Positions 25,616 through 39,998 of a stretch of 64,000 nucleotides of DNA are shown in pieces. The notes beneath the pieces were generated by a model. The model was not told the DNA's origin and searched no databases. It saw nothing but the letters and a program-made list of their open reading frames with translations. Positions within the stretch are counted from its first letter, which is position 1, and every line of letters starts with the position of its first letter. Both the position numbers and the translations under genes were made by a program. The DNA comes from Eledone cirrhosa (taxonomy: Eukaryota), in contig OZ024742.1 in NCBI GenBank assembly GCA_964016885.1, forward strand, positions 318,866,001 through 318,930,000, written 5' to 3'.

Positions 25616-27046
25616 CTCATTTCAAAGGCGGTGCTCATCACAGAGCAATTAAATTCTCGTTCATAAGTTAAAGAAGCAGTAAACACATAAATAACTAACA
25701 AGGAAATATAAAACATATTTCAGAAGAAATGTTGTTTTTTTTAAATATTTGTTTTGTGTCGAATTTCCTTAAATATATAAAATGCAGAACAGAAGAAACG
25801 GAATTTTTGGAAGAAAACGTAGGAAATTACTTATGACCAAATTTGTATTGCTTCGTTCACAGATTTACCGCCTGTTTATAATGCTCCCTATTGCTTAGAT
25901 TTATGAAAAGCGAGCAAAATATCGATCTAATTTCGTATTAAGCCACTTAGGGCAATTGAAATCTTTGTAGATCGATAAATTTCAACTGACTGAAGTCATA
26001 TTGCAAAGAGATGAAACGAATAATGAATTCTATTATAGCAAGAATCTAATTTGATATCTCCAGCGCAATCTCCCGCTTAAATGAATAATTCAGTTTGTTT
26101 CGTTGTAATACATATTTCATTTCTTTCATTCTGTCCAATTTCCCAGAAAATTGAGTCTACGACCTGGTTTCAATTTCCAATTAGAAATATATATATATTA
26201 GAAATATATATATATCACTTAACGATCTCACTTCAACGCTATACTGTTGATTTCTTGCATGATGATTTTTCTAGGTGAAATCTCTTGATTGAACCGACAC
26301 CAATATATTACTGGTAAGTATACGCAAAGTCAACCTTGACTAGGTTTATTCTCAGCACGTGGAGAGACGAAAATATAATATTGTTTTTGTTCATCCTTCG
26401 TTGTTGAAGATGACCATGTCACAGGATTGACATGTAAGTCCAGTCAGGTCTGGTCTGGTGAGAGAGACAGCAACATTGATTTATGGTATAAATAAAAGCA
26501 TTCTAGATCATTTTCCCCTCCTCTTTTTGTCTTATATTTATATTTCTTACATGAATTCTAAATATAATTTTAGAATGTTTTTGACAGAACATTGCGTAAA
26601 GTTATCATAATATAGATTGCTAGTTCCAACACGCAATCTTAAAGACACTATATTTGACATTGACTTTTGGATTTTGTATACGATGATTAATTAGTACGTA
26701 TTCATATGTAACTGGTGTGTGTGTGCGTGTGTGTGCGTGCGTGAAAGAGAGAGATGTAGGGAGACTTCGGGCGGAAAACAGACTATTTAAAGATATGTAC
26801 AATATACTTATATACTTTGTTTAGAATCAGGTTAGCTATAATTGAGCAAACCTATGGTAAAAGGTAGTCTTGCCGTGACCATCCTGTCGTTTTGTATATA
26901 ATTAATTGCCAAATTGGCAATAAATAAAGTGAAAGACAGACAGAAGAAGTACATGAACAGACGAATAAGGGACAAGATTGGCACTTGGACGATACAAAGA
27001 TGTTGAGGTGAAGGGGACAAAACAACTGGTTGTCAGCTGTCGAAAC

Positions 27047-27241
27047 CAGACCTGCCAACCTCTAAAAACCCAAGCAGGGAGTACCATGAAAAAAAGGACC
27101 CCAAAATGAGGAGAAATGAGACAAAATGGGGAGATTTTACATAATGAAAGCTATACCCATTTTCACAAGAAAAGACATCTCTGACCCACCCCAAAGAGGG
27201 TGGGAGATCTCCCCGTTGGATGGGGAGAGTTGACAGGTCTG
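27047..27241 (+). mobile_element. ~190-bp MITE family (copies 45741-45932, 50474-50647 inverted, 51537-51728)
   Basis: TIRs CAGACCTGCCAAC../..GTTGACAGGTCTG around a conserved non-coding body. Confidence 0.85.
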
Positions 27242-28724
27242 TGAAATGGACTTACAGACAATACTGTTGGTCCATTCAGGCTCATAATATCTAACAAGAT
27301 ATTTAAACACAGCCCTGGAGTATTTTAAAGGACGGGGAATTAATTATCTGTGACGCAACAGAGTTTCTTCCTCCACGTCGTTAAGTTGTTTATTATTATT
27401 ATTTCTATTATTACCAGGGCGTTGGATTGGCATAGAATTTTTACGGCCCTTTACGTTCTGAGTTCAAATCCCGCCGATGTTAGCTTTGCCTTTCATCCTT
27501 AACGGGGTCGATAAAATAAAGTACCAGTCATGTACTGGGTCGATTTAATCGACTTCTCCTCACCCAAATTACTGGCCTTGTGCCTAAATCAGAAACCATT
27601 ATTACTAATATTACTGCAACAGTACCCTATCTTTACCTTCTTATCTTCATCCTTTGTCACGTCGTCCTATTGATTTTTTTTTTTTTTTTTTTGTGATCCA
27701 GAATTGTTTAAATTTATCTCATTTCTTGGTCTCAGAAAAAATGAAAATATCACATGATCCACATGACAGGTGCAATGTGTCCGAACACGGAAGAGCCGAA
27801 CTCCCCCACCACCACCCCCATCTCTCTCGCCCTCGCCATCTCTCTGTATAGTGAGCAAATGGGGTCTCACGTGCTGGCCTCCCCACAGCCCCGGCAGACA
27901 GAATGGAGATGGCGTTTCACAGGGGGATGGTAAGGGTGATGCGCTGGAAGAGTCATTTCACTGCTGACACGACACCATTTGAATGTGGTCTGTCACTGGC
28001 TGGCCCAGAATTTTTGGCCGAAAGGCAACTAATTTCTTCTCTGTGTTACCTACTCTGTGAGGATAATATCAATTGGTTGAAGTTTTTCCACTCACTACAT
28101 TCAGTATGTGAGAGACTAGTGCAGACATGGGCAGCCTTTTTCGAGTAGTGGGCCGCATAGGATGTGGATCATCATAAAGCATTACTATAAATTTCAAGAC
28201 AATTAAAATTAGGCGTGCCATTCAGAAAACCAAACCGACCACATGCATCTCGTGGGTCGCAGTTTCCATGATTGGTATAGTATATAGAAGATTGAAGCCG
28301 TTTCCTATCAATTGTGCTCTTGGTGAATAAGCAATGGTAACAATGGGGATATACAATATGATGAGGGAAAGTACGTAGCTAAGGGGTTAGGGTGTTCGAC
28401 TCACACTCGTACGATCATAAGTTCGGTTCCCAGTGGTGTGTTTCATCCTTGAGCATGATACTTTATTTGACATCGCTCCGGTCGGCTCAGCTAGCAAAAT
28501 CAGCTGTGCCTTTAATTCAAAGGGCTAGACTTGATACTCACTATTTCAAGCTGAATCTCCCCGAGAATTCCGTTAGGGGTGCACGCGTCTGTAGAATGCT
28601 TAGCCACTTGCGCGTCAATTAAACGTACAGGCTGTTCTATTGATGGAATCACCTGGAACACTCGTCGTCGTAACAGACGGATGTCCAACAACGCACACAT
28701 AGTATGATGTGACAAAATTATATT

Positions 28725-29228
28725 ATGGATGACATATGATGTTGATAACAAATGATGTTGATGACATGATGTTGACATATGATGTTGACATATGATGTTG
28801 ATATATGATGTTGACATATGTTGATGATGATGATGACATATGTTGATGACATATGATGTTGACATATGATGTTGACATATGATGTTCATGACATGATGTT
28901 GAAGACACACGATGATGACATATGATGTCGTTGACATATGATGGTGACATGTGATGTTGTTGACGTGAATTGGCAGTATCGGTAGAGGGTTGGACGCCAT
29001 GCTTTCTAGCATAGTTACGTCCCTTTACAGTCTGAGTTCAAATCCCGCCGAGGTTAACTTTGCCTTTCATCCTTACGGGGTCGATAAAATAAAGTACCAG
29101 TAATGTACTGGTGAATTTGCTGGCCTTGTGCCTAAAGTAGAAACAGTTATTAATACATGATGTTGTTGACATATAATGTTGACACATAATGTTGACATAT
29201 AATGTTGACATATAATGTTGACATATGA
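28725..29228. repeat. 13-bp minisatellite (GTTGACATATGAT) interrupted by a SINE
   Basis: Repeat units on both sides of the SINE at ~28968-29148. Confidence 0.85.
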
Positions 29229-31269
29229 TCCCACAAGGAGATATTTTCAAAATTGAAGACATTCCGTCGCATTCGTCACCTCGTATACTAAAAATTAAAG
29301 TTATTGATTTTAAACATATGGTACAAGGCTACAAATCTGTTCAAGAATGCACAGTTGATTAAATCGATTTCAGTTCTGTACTTGACTCAAATCTATTCTG
29401 TCCATTCCGGAATAATTGAAAGGCAGGATCGATTGTGGTGGGATTTCCATATAGAAGGTAAAGAAACATAACTAAACACTGCAAAATATTTTGTCCGCCG
29501 CTCTACCGATTCTGTCTTCCAAGTTAGTAATCCTCTACCTTTATTTTGTTTCTTTTACGGTGAGATTTTATTTCATTTTTTTTTGTTTTGTTCTTGTTTT
29601 TTGTTTCTCTATTACTTTTTTCTTGGTTTGTAATTTCAAATTGATAAAACTGAAATCCTTCCATAACCTGGAATTTGGTGGTTGTGAAATCAAATAAGGA
29701 AAAGAAAAATTAGTTTAAAAAAAAAAAAAAAAAAAAATTCGAAATTACAAAATCATAGGCGCCATGATGGAATGTCATTTTTCCCGTTCAAAGAATGTGG
29801 GGGAGGAGCGGAGGGGTGACAAGTCACTCATCCAATGAAGCACATGTTGCGACACATTCTTTAGTGCCAGTCTCGTCGCTTTGGTCCCATCCCCGGGAGG
29901 AAGGAAACTGTCCGCCCGAACAACGACGGGCGAAAGATGAATAAATACCAGCCATTAATGGGCAGATTTCTTTTCACGTCGGTCGCTGTCATCACCTCCG
30001 ATGATCACGCTCCTCAAACTATCATCGTCCTCTATCGAATTAGTATAAGTTTATCACACATGAGGAAAGAACCTTGAAATGTGGAACCCCGGATATGACA
30101 GGTTGTTCTTAGAGGCAACACTCTTGTCGTCATGTTCGCGTGACAGAGCTGAGACAAGCTGTTTAACAGTGAGCATGAAGTTTGCTTGCGTTTTGGGGGT
30201 GGGGGTGGGGGGGGTGAACATTATTGATTTATGGTGGAATTTTAATCTTGTATTAAATTTTTTCTTTTCGATTATATTTTTCTATTTAACCCTTCTACCC
30301 TCTTTTCGATTTTCAATTTAAAATTTTTTAACCAACAGAAGACCTGAATAGAAAAAATACAGGTAAAAATATAAGATTATGGGTGTAATTACCATTTTGA
30401 AAAAAAATCAACATTTAAATTAGGCCATGTTTGAACAAACAATAATATCCATTAGGATTAAGGTTGTGTGACTTGCATATTTTTCAAGGACATTCATTTC
30501 ACTTCCCTCACCTCCATTTTTCCTTTTTCTCTTCGTTGTGGTGGGGTCGCTGCAGAGTGGAGAAGTGTACCACCTTTCTTTATCCATCTCTGTTGTGATC
30601 CCGGACTTAGGTTGTCGCAAAGTCCTTACCGGTACATTCTATGGTGTTCTCCGTCAAGGCTTTGGTACTCGTTGTAGTTGGAAGAGGATTCAGAATATTA
30701 TTGGTCGGCACTCTTTAATTCAAGGAATGTATTTCAGTGCCATTGAAAAGTAGGGAAAACGACAGTACCAGATAGTGAAACCATCACCCCAACCCTTTTC
30801 TAGCGAGGGTTCGTATTTGTCCCATTTGAAAAGTAGGGAGAGTGACAGTACCAGCTAGTAAGACCACCACCCAAACCCTTCTATAGCGAGGGCTCCCATT
30901 TGATCTGTCCCATTTGAAAAGTAAGGAGAGCAAAAGTACCAGCTAGTGAGACCCCCACCCCACCTTTTCTCAGGTGAAAGGCCTGTATCTTCCCCTCCTT
31001 TTTTTTCTTTTGACGTTCTTGCCTTCTTGCCTTCTTTTCGCCTAAGATGTTCCTTGGAGACTAGTCTTGGTGAAACGACCAGGAATATTAGGAGTATAAT
31101 GAAGTAGGTGGGTTCCAACCAAGAAACAAGAACCATATTGTGGTCTTCACTTGCCAACAGTATATATTAGGTCATACTTCACCACACTTCCTACCATTCC
31201 ACTCATTGCCAACAGTATATATCTGGTCATACTTCACCACACTTCCTACCATTCCACTCATTGCCACAC

Positions 31270-34200
31270 CCTGCTATCCACCCTACTATCCACCCTGCTA
31301 TCCACCCTGCTATCCACCCTACTATCCACCCTACTATCCACCTACTATCCACCCTACTATCCACCCTACTATCCACCCTACTATCCACCTACTATCCACC
31401 CTGCTATCCACCCTACTATCCACCTACTATCCACCCTACTATCCACCCTGCTATCCACCCTACTATCCACCTACTATCCACCCTACTATCCACCCTACTA
31501 TCCACCCTACTATCCACCTACTATCCACCCTGCTATCCACCCTACTATCCACCTACTATCCACCCTGCTATCCACCCTACTATCCACCCTACTATCCACC
31601 TACTATCCACCCTACTATCCACCCTACTATCCACCCTGCTATCCACCCTACTATCCACCTACTATCCACCTACTATCCACCCTACTATCCACCTACTATC
31701 CACCCTGCTATCCACCCTACTATCCACCCTGCTATCCACCCTGCTATCCACCCTACTATCCACCCTACTATCCACCCTACTATCCACCCTGCTATCCACC
31801 CTACTATCCACCTACTATCCACCCTGCTATCCACCCTACTATCCACCCTACTATCCACCTACTATCCACCCTACTATCCACCTACTATCCACCCTACTAT
31901 CCACCTACTATCCACCCTGCTATCCACCCTGCTATCCACCCTACTATCCACCCTACTATCCACCTACTATCCACCCTACTATCCACCCTACTATCCACCC
32001 TACTATCCACCTACTATCCACCCTACTATACACCCTACTATCCACCTACTATCCACCCTGCTATCCACCCTACTATCCACCCTACTATCCACCTACTATC
32101 CACCCTACTATCCACCCTACTATCCACCCTACTATCCACCTACTATCCACCCTACTATACACCCTACTATCCACCTACTATCCACCCTGCTATCCACCCT
32201 AATATCCACCCTACTATCCACCTACTATCCACCCTACTATCCACCCTACTATCCACCCTACTATCCACCTACTATCCACCCTACTATACACCCTACTATC
32301 CACCTACTATCCACCCTGCTATCCACCCTACTATCCACCTACTATCCACCCTACTATCCACCCTACTATCCACCCTACTATCCACCCTACTATCCACCCT
32401 ACTATCCACCCTGCTATCCACCCTGCTATCCACCCTACTATACACCCTACTATCCACCCTGCTATCCACCCTACTATCCACCCTGCTATCCACCCTACTA
32501 TCCACCCTACTATCCACCTACTATCCACCCTACTATCCACCCTGCTATCCACCCTACTATCCACCTACTATCCACCCTGCTATCCACCCTACTATCCACC
32601 CTGCTATCCACCCTACTATCCACCCTACTATCCACCCTACTATCCACCCTACTATCCACCTACTATCCACCTACTATCCACCCTGCTATCCACCCTACTA
32701 TCCACCCTGCTATCCACCCTACTATCCACCCTGCTATCCACCCTACTATCCACCCTGCTATCCACCCTACTATCCACCTACTATCCACCCTACTATCCAC
32801 CCTACTATCCACCTACTATCCACCCTACTATCCACCTACTATCCACCCTGCTATCCACCCTACTATCCACCCTGCTATCCACCCTACTATCCACCCTACT
32901 ATCCACCCTACTATCCACCCTACTATCCACCCTACTATCCACCTACTATCCACCTACTATCCACCCTGCTATCCACCCTACTATCCACCCTGCTATCCAC
33001 CCTGCTATCCACCCTACTATCCACCCTGCTATCCACCCTACTATCCACCCTACTATCCACCTACTATCCACCTACTATCCACCCTGCTATCCACCCTACT
33101 ATCCACCCTACTATCCACCTACTATCCACCCTGCTATCCACCCTACTATCCACCCTACTATCCACCCTGCTATCCACCCTACTATCCACCCTACTATCCA
33201 CCTACTATCCACCTACTATCCACCCTGCTATCCACCCTACTATCCACCCTGCTATCCACCCTACTATCCACCCTACTATCCACCTACTATCCACCCTGCT
33301 ATCCACCCTACTATCCACCCTACTATCCACCTACTATCCACCTACTATCCACCCTGCTATCCACCCTACTATCCACCCTGCTATCCACCCTACTATCCAC
33401 CTACTATCCACCCTGCTATCCACCCTACTATCCACCCTGCTATCCACCCTACTATCCACCTACTATCCACCCTGCTATCCACCCTGCTATCCACCCTACT
33501 ATCCACCCTACTATCCACCTACTATCCACCTACTATCCACCCTGCTATCCACCCTACTATCCACCCTACTATCCACCCTACTATCCACCCTGCTATCCAC
33601 CCTACTATCCACCTACTATCCACCTACTATCCACCCTACTATCCACCTACTATCCACCCTGCTATCCACCCTACTATCCACCCTACTATCCACCTACTAT
33701 CCACCCTACTATCCACCCTGCTATCCACCCTACTATCCACCCTACTATCCACCTACTATCCACCTACTATCCACCCTGCTATCCACCCTACTATCCACCC
33801 TACTATCCACCCTACTATCCACCCTGCTATCCACCCTACTATCCACCTACTATCCACCTACTATCCACCCTACTATCCACCTACTATCCACCCTGCTATC
33901 CACCTACTATCCACCCTACTATCCACCTACTATCCACCCTGCTATCCACCCTGCTATCCACCCTACTATCCACCCTACTATCCACCTACTATCCACCTAC
34001 TATCCACCCTGCTATCCACCCTACTATCCACCCTACTATCCACCCTACTATCCACCCTGCTATCCACCCTACTATCCACCTACTATCCACCTACTATCCA
34101 CCCTACTATCCACCTACTATCCACCCTGCTATCCACCCTACTATCCACCCTACTATCCACCTACTATCCACCCTACTATCCACCCTGCTATCCACCCTAC

Positions 34201-35565
34201 TATCCACCCTACTATCCACCTACTATCCACCTACTATCCACCCTGCTATCCACCCTACTATCCACCCTACTATCCACCCTACTATCCACCCTGCTATCCA
34301 CCCTACTATCCACCTACTATCCACCTACTATCCACCCTACTATCCACCTACTATCCACCCTGCTATCCACCTACTATCCACCCTACTATCCACCTACTAT
34401 CCACCCTACTATCCACCCTACTATCCACCTACTATCCACCCTACTATCCACCTACTATCCACCCTACTATCCACCTACTATCCACCTACTATCCACCTAC
34501 TATCCACCCTACTATCCACCTACTATCCACCCTGCTATCCACCCTACTATCCACCCTACTATCCACCCTACTATCCACCTACTATCCACCTACTATCCAC
34601 CTACTATCCACCTGCTATCCACCCTACTATCCACCCCTGCTATCCACCCTACTATCCACCCTGCTATCCACCTACTATCCACCTACTATCCACCCTGCTA
34701 TCCACCCTACTATCCACCCTGCTATCCACCCTACTATCCACCTACTATCCACCCTACTATCCACCCTACTATCCACCTACTATCCACCTACTATGCCACC
34801 TACTATCCACCCTACTATCCACCCTGCTATCCACCCTACTATCCACCCCTGCTATCCACCCTACTATCCACCCTGCTATCACCCTACTATCCACCCTACT
34901 ATCCACCTGCTATCCACCTACTATCCACCCTACTATCCACCCTACTATCCACCCCTACTATCCCCCTACTATCCACCCTGCTATCCACCCTACTATCCAC
35001 CCTCTATCCACCCTGCTATCCACACCTACTATCCACCCTGCTATCCACCCTGCTATCCACCCCTACTATCCACCCTACTATCCACCCTACTATCCACCCT
35101 ACTATCCACCCTGCTATCCACCCTACTATCCACCTACTATCCACCCTACTATCCCCCTACTATCACCCTACTATCCACCCTGCTATCCACCCTACTATCC
35201 ACCCTGCTATCCACCCTACTATCCACCCTACTATCCACCCTGCTATCCACCCTACTATCCACCCTACTATCCACCCTGCTATCCACCCTACTATCCCCCT
35301 ACATCCACCCTGCTATCCACCCTACTATCCACCCTGCTATCCACCCTACTATCCACCCTACTATCCCCCTACTATCCACCCTGCTATCCACCTACTATCC
35401 ACCCTACTATCCACCCTACTATCCCCCTACTATCCACCCTGCTATCCACCTACTATCCACCCTACTATCCCCCTACTATCCACCCTGCTATCCACCTACT
35501 ATCCACCCTACTATCCACCCTACTATCCACCCTACTATCCACCTACTATCCACCCTGCTATCCAA
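31270..35565. repeat. 4.3-kb satellite of mixed 12-bp (CTACTATCCACC / CTGCTATCCACC) and 11-bp (TACTATCCACC) units
   Basis: Directly visible; explains the spurious 1500-aa ORFs. Confidence 0.98.
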
Positions 35566-35694
35566 CCGATTCTTTCTTTCCACCACTTTCTTACCACTAT
35601 CACCCCCGCTCTCCACTCATCTCTCTCCATTCCTTTCACGCCACCATCACCACCCACTCTCTCTCGCCACCCCTTTGCCGACACCATCACTTAC

Positions 35695-35770
<76 letters not shown>

Positions 35771-35881
35771 TCTCTCAATGGATAGAAACAAAGGCACGCG
35801 TGTAAAAAGTAGGTAAATCAAATCAAATATTAAGTTTTCCAGGCTATCATCTTTGGAATATCTATCGACATTAAAGAGAGA

Positions 35882-36018
<137 letters not shown>

Positions 36019-36400
36019 ATCTGTTCTGAAATAAAATTGTAGAAACAACTGAGAAATGTCTTTGTAATGAAGATACCGTGTGACGGATTTTCTGTCTAGA
36101 TTTGTTTTCGTTGTTGTTGTTGTGGTAGTAGTACTTGATGTTTGTTATTGTTGTTTGCTTCTTCGTTTCTTTGTCTGAATCTCAGCAGGCCTCAAATTAA
36201 TGGCTGTACATTAACAAGCCAAACAACACGTTCAACACATCACCAACGTTTGTGTTTTGATAACAACAAAGAAAAACAACCAGCGAGAAAAAAATCAAAT
36301 AATAAACTAAACACCAACACACACAGATCGACACACTGATAGACGCACACATACATACACATACACACATACACCCACATAGACGCAAACACACAGATAG

Positions 36401-36432
<32 letters not shown>

Positions 36433-36583
36433 CCACATAGACACACACACACACACATAGGCACATACACCCACATAGAGACACACCCACACGTATACAT
36501 AGATACACGATCGCACACATACACACACACACAGATACACACACACACACATACACAGACACATATATATATATATATATATT

Positions 36584-36700
36584 ATAGGAAAAGGTATGAC
36601 CCCGACGGCAGAGCTCAAGCCGTTTCGACGGCTATTTCTGGACCAGAAATAGCCGTCGAAACGGCTTGAGCTCTGCTGTCGGGGTCATACCTTTTCTTAT
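36584..36700. repeat. palindrome with 58-bp arms built from the 3' half of a hammerhead; related pieces at 41693-41775 and 48481-48595
   Basis: Apex at 36642, two mismatches; right arm reads CAGAAAUAGCCGUC GAAAC GGC..GCU GUC GGGGU. Confidence 0.85.
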
Positions 36701-36776
36701 TATCCACTCTACTACCTTAAGTATTGAGTACTCTGGTGCGTTATGGTCCATCTGGTTCCTTACCACACTTCCTTCG

Positions 36777-36828
<52 letters not shown>

Positions 36829-36833
<5 letters not shown>

Positions 36834-37410
36834 AGAAAATGGGGAGAAGAATACTGCAGGTTGCACATGGATAACATGTTATAAAATGAGTCCCTCATCA
36901 GTGATTTGCCAACGATCATAGATATTTCATTGCATTAAAAATCATATACCTCACGTTGGTGCAATAATAACTAAATTAAGTTATTAGAACAATTAAAACG
37001 CGTAAAGCGAGTGAGACAAGTAACAACAAAGAGGAAAGCTAACCGTAGATAGGAAGGGCACAAGCTACATAGTTATTCTGTCAGCATAAGCTGGGTGAAT
37101 ATATGAGCGCGTAGAAAAAGACCTTTCGAGATGAATCCAAATGTAAGAAAGAAGGAAATTGTTTTCGTCGCGAACGGGGTGAAGTGAGAAGGGGAGAAAC
37201 AGTGAGTGAGTGAGTGGAAGTGTGAGGAAGAGGTCAGTAGAGAGAAAGTGTTAACTGACATGGCAGAGGGGACGAAAGAAAGTAAGAGAAACAGAGAGAA
37301 CGAGGGAGCAGTAAGAGAGAGAGAGAAAAAAACAGAATCGCAGTTTAGGTAAATATATGTGAAAAAATGGGGAGAAGAATACTGCAGGTTGCACATGGAT
37401 AACATGTTAT
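36829..37410 (-). mobile_element. second copy of the 528-bp-unit family
   Basis: Reverse complement of 40618-41228 with divergence; direct repeat GGGGAGAAGAATACTGCAGGTTGCACATGGATAACATGTTAT at both ends. Confidence 0.75.
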
Positions 37411-37740
37411 TTCCACCCCTCCCTCCACTTCACCACCTCTATCTCCACCACCCACGTCCACTTCTTAGACATCTCCGTCGCCTTCGACCCCTCCCACCAC
37501 TCCCTCGTCACCTCCGCCTTCTTCAAACCCACCGACTCCCACTCTTTCCTCGACTTCACCTCTTCCCACCCCACACACACTAAACACTCTATTCCCTACT
37601 CCCAACTCCTCAGGATCCGCCGCCTCTGTAGCCGAGATGCTGACTTCGAGTCCCAGGCCCTTTCCCTGGTCAGCCATTTCATCCGCAGAGGTTACACCCC
37701 CCCCCCCCCTCTCTCGTCCACACCGCTCTCACCCGCGCCC

Positions 37741-38409
37741 GTGCTGTCCACCGCTCCACCACCCTCACCCCACGCCACTGCACACCCACCCACCGTCTCC
37801 CCTTCCCCTTCCCCATCACCTACCACCCCTCCACCTTACCCCTCCACCGCACCATCCGCCGCTTCTTCCGACGCCTCCAGTCCGACCCCTCCACCTCCCA
37901 CATCTTCCCAACCCCACCACTCCCCTCCTTCAAACGCGCACGCAATCTCCGCACCCTCCTCGTCCACAAGCTCCCCCCCCCCACCCACCCCCGGTTCCTT
38001 TCCCTGTTCTAGGCCCCGCTGCAACACTTGTCCCCACATCACCAACACCACCACCTTCCAGGGTCCCAACGGCCACTCTCTCTCTGTCCGGCATGCCTTC
38101 CTCTGCACCTCCTCCAACCTAATCTATGGACTTCGCTGCACTCCGTGCAGCGCGACTTACGTCGGACAGACGGGACGTCGCCTGGCGGACAGATTCACTG
38201 AGCACCTCCGGGATATTCGTCTCGGTGGTAGTTCCCCCATCGCCCGCCACTTTGGTGCCCCTGGACATTCCGCACGCCATCTCACAGTCTGTGGCCTACT
38301 CCAATGCCACGGAACACCCGCCAATCTCCTCAGAGTTGAACAAAGAACTATCTTCATCTTACAGACCCACACTCCCCCCGGCCTGAACTCCCCACCCTTA
38401 TTCCTTTAG
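37741..38409 (+). pseudogene. GIY-YIG endonuclease domain of Penelope-like element C
   Basis: PCSRPRCNTC linker; CTSSNLIYGLRCTPCSATYVGQTGRRLADRFTEH..IARHF..H..E..I..L.T..P.GLN is the classic PLE GIY-YIG/CCHH pattern; the N-terminal part of the ORF call is out-of-frame C-rich sequence. Confidence 0.9.
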
Positions 38410-39848
38410 CCTTCGACCGCCCCCCTCCCCCCACACATATCCCCCACTAACACCACTAACACCACTAACACACCCCTCCTTTTCACCGCCCACCCCACAA
38501 CTAACAATACTAACACCTCCACTCCACCCCTCATCCGACCACCCTTCCCCAACTAACATACTAACATCCCTCCCTTCTTCTCCCCCCCCCTCCTTATCAC
38601 ACGCACACACCCACCGGCACATATATACACGCGCTCACACTAAACACACACCCTACTACCACCACTAACCCTCACCCCCACACATCCACCCCACCACCCC
38701 GCAACTAACATCACTAACACCCCCTGACCCCAAGCACACGAACACACGCATCCACTTACACCACCCACCCTACACGCAACTAACATCACTAACCCCCCCC
38801 CCCCCCAACCCCACGCACACGTACACACACACCCTCTTACACCACCAACTCTACACACCCTACCACCACTGACCCCCACTCACACCCGCATTCAACCCTT
38901 TCTCCACCTCCTGTATACTAACACCCACTAACATCCCCTTCATCAAACTACACACACACCAGTACACCACACTGCCTCCATCGACCCCCACACCCTTCTC
39001 TCCCCGCTCCACCCACACCCTTTCTCAAACACTCACTCATCCTACTAACACCTCTACTAATACACACACACACCCTCCTCACTCCTACTTTCACACCTAC
39101 CCATCCTCGCCTCTTTACCATTCCACCCTACTGCTGCTATGCCCTCTGACCACCTCCCAGCACACACAGACACACAGCACTCCTACTGCCTTGACCACTT
39201 CCTGTTGCGCGCGCACCCCACATCTCCCCTCTTCCGACCAATCTCTTCACGGATTACTCGTATGTGGACCTTGACCGCGGAATCAACTACCATCCTAGGA
39301 TTTTACTAACCTTTCCACCACATCTTCTTACGGAATCACCTTCATGACTCACCCACACACACACCCAAAAAAAAAATTTTTCCCACACGCCACCTACACC
39401 CACACCACGCTTAAACACCACACACACGTGCGTTCCGCCACTTATTTACACATTCAGCCTCCGGATTCCTCTCCCCCCACCCCTCTATCCACACACGCAC
39501 ACACACCTCCGACCTACACCCCACCCCACCTCTTCCTGAACATGCAACCCCGTTCTTCCCCCAACCCTTGCTTTCACATACACACACACACACACGTACA
39601 CCTACACACACACACCACCTTCAGCCCTCCCCGCTGGGACACCCCGTCTCCCTCTCCCCACTCCACCCGCCACCACCCCTACACTCCCCACACCCTTCCA
39701 CCACCTGTTTTACCCCATTTTAATTTTATTTTATTTTGATCATGCTTTTATTTTTAATTTCATTTGCACCGTTTCCTCCCACCCCCTTTTTGCTATATGT
39801 CTCTCCACCACTCCCCTACACACCCTTTGAACTCTCTTCCCACACACT

Positions 39849-39884
39849 TTTCACCTGAAGAAGGGCGTATGCCCGAAACGTCGT
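39849..39884 (+). ncRNA. minimal hammerhead motif at 3' end of Penelope C
   Basis: AC CUGAAGA A GGGC-GUAU-GCCC GAAAC GUC GU; minimal PLE-type with palindromic ACGU stem III. Confidence 0.85.
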
Positions 39885-39998
39885 TCCCCACCACCACCCC
39901 ACTCTCAAGAGCGTGAAATTAATAAACATTCGTTGTACTGCCTCTGTTTTGTTCCTGTTCAAATTTTCCATTATATATATATATATATATATATATAT

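Larger units (their letters stand above)
37411..39972 (+). mobile_element. 5'-truncated Penelope-like element copy C (C-rich; tentatively Neptune/Poseidon-like)
   Basis: Frameshifted RT-thumb remnants (HTLNTLFP..QLLRIRRLCS) run into ORF 37741-38409; 3' end has a minimal hammerhead, AATAAA, then (TA)n. Confidence 0.85.

Noticed and set aside
26275-26313. Exon-like segment with TTTTCTAG acceptor and GTAAGT donor
   Set aside because: Stops in all three frames and no partner exons found; could only be a non-coding exon, which the sequence alone cannot support.
31140-35816. 1558-aa and 1544-aa ORFs (YYPP/TIHP/LLST repeats, extensin- or adhesive-like)
   Set aside because: All three frames are open and the peptides swap at each 11-bp unit; this is stop-free satellite DNA with no codon-phase constraint.
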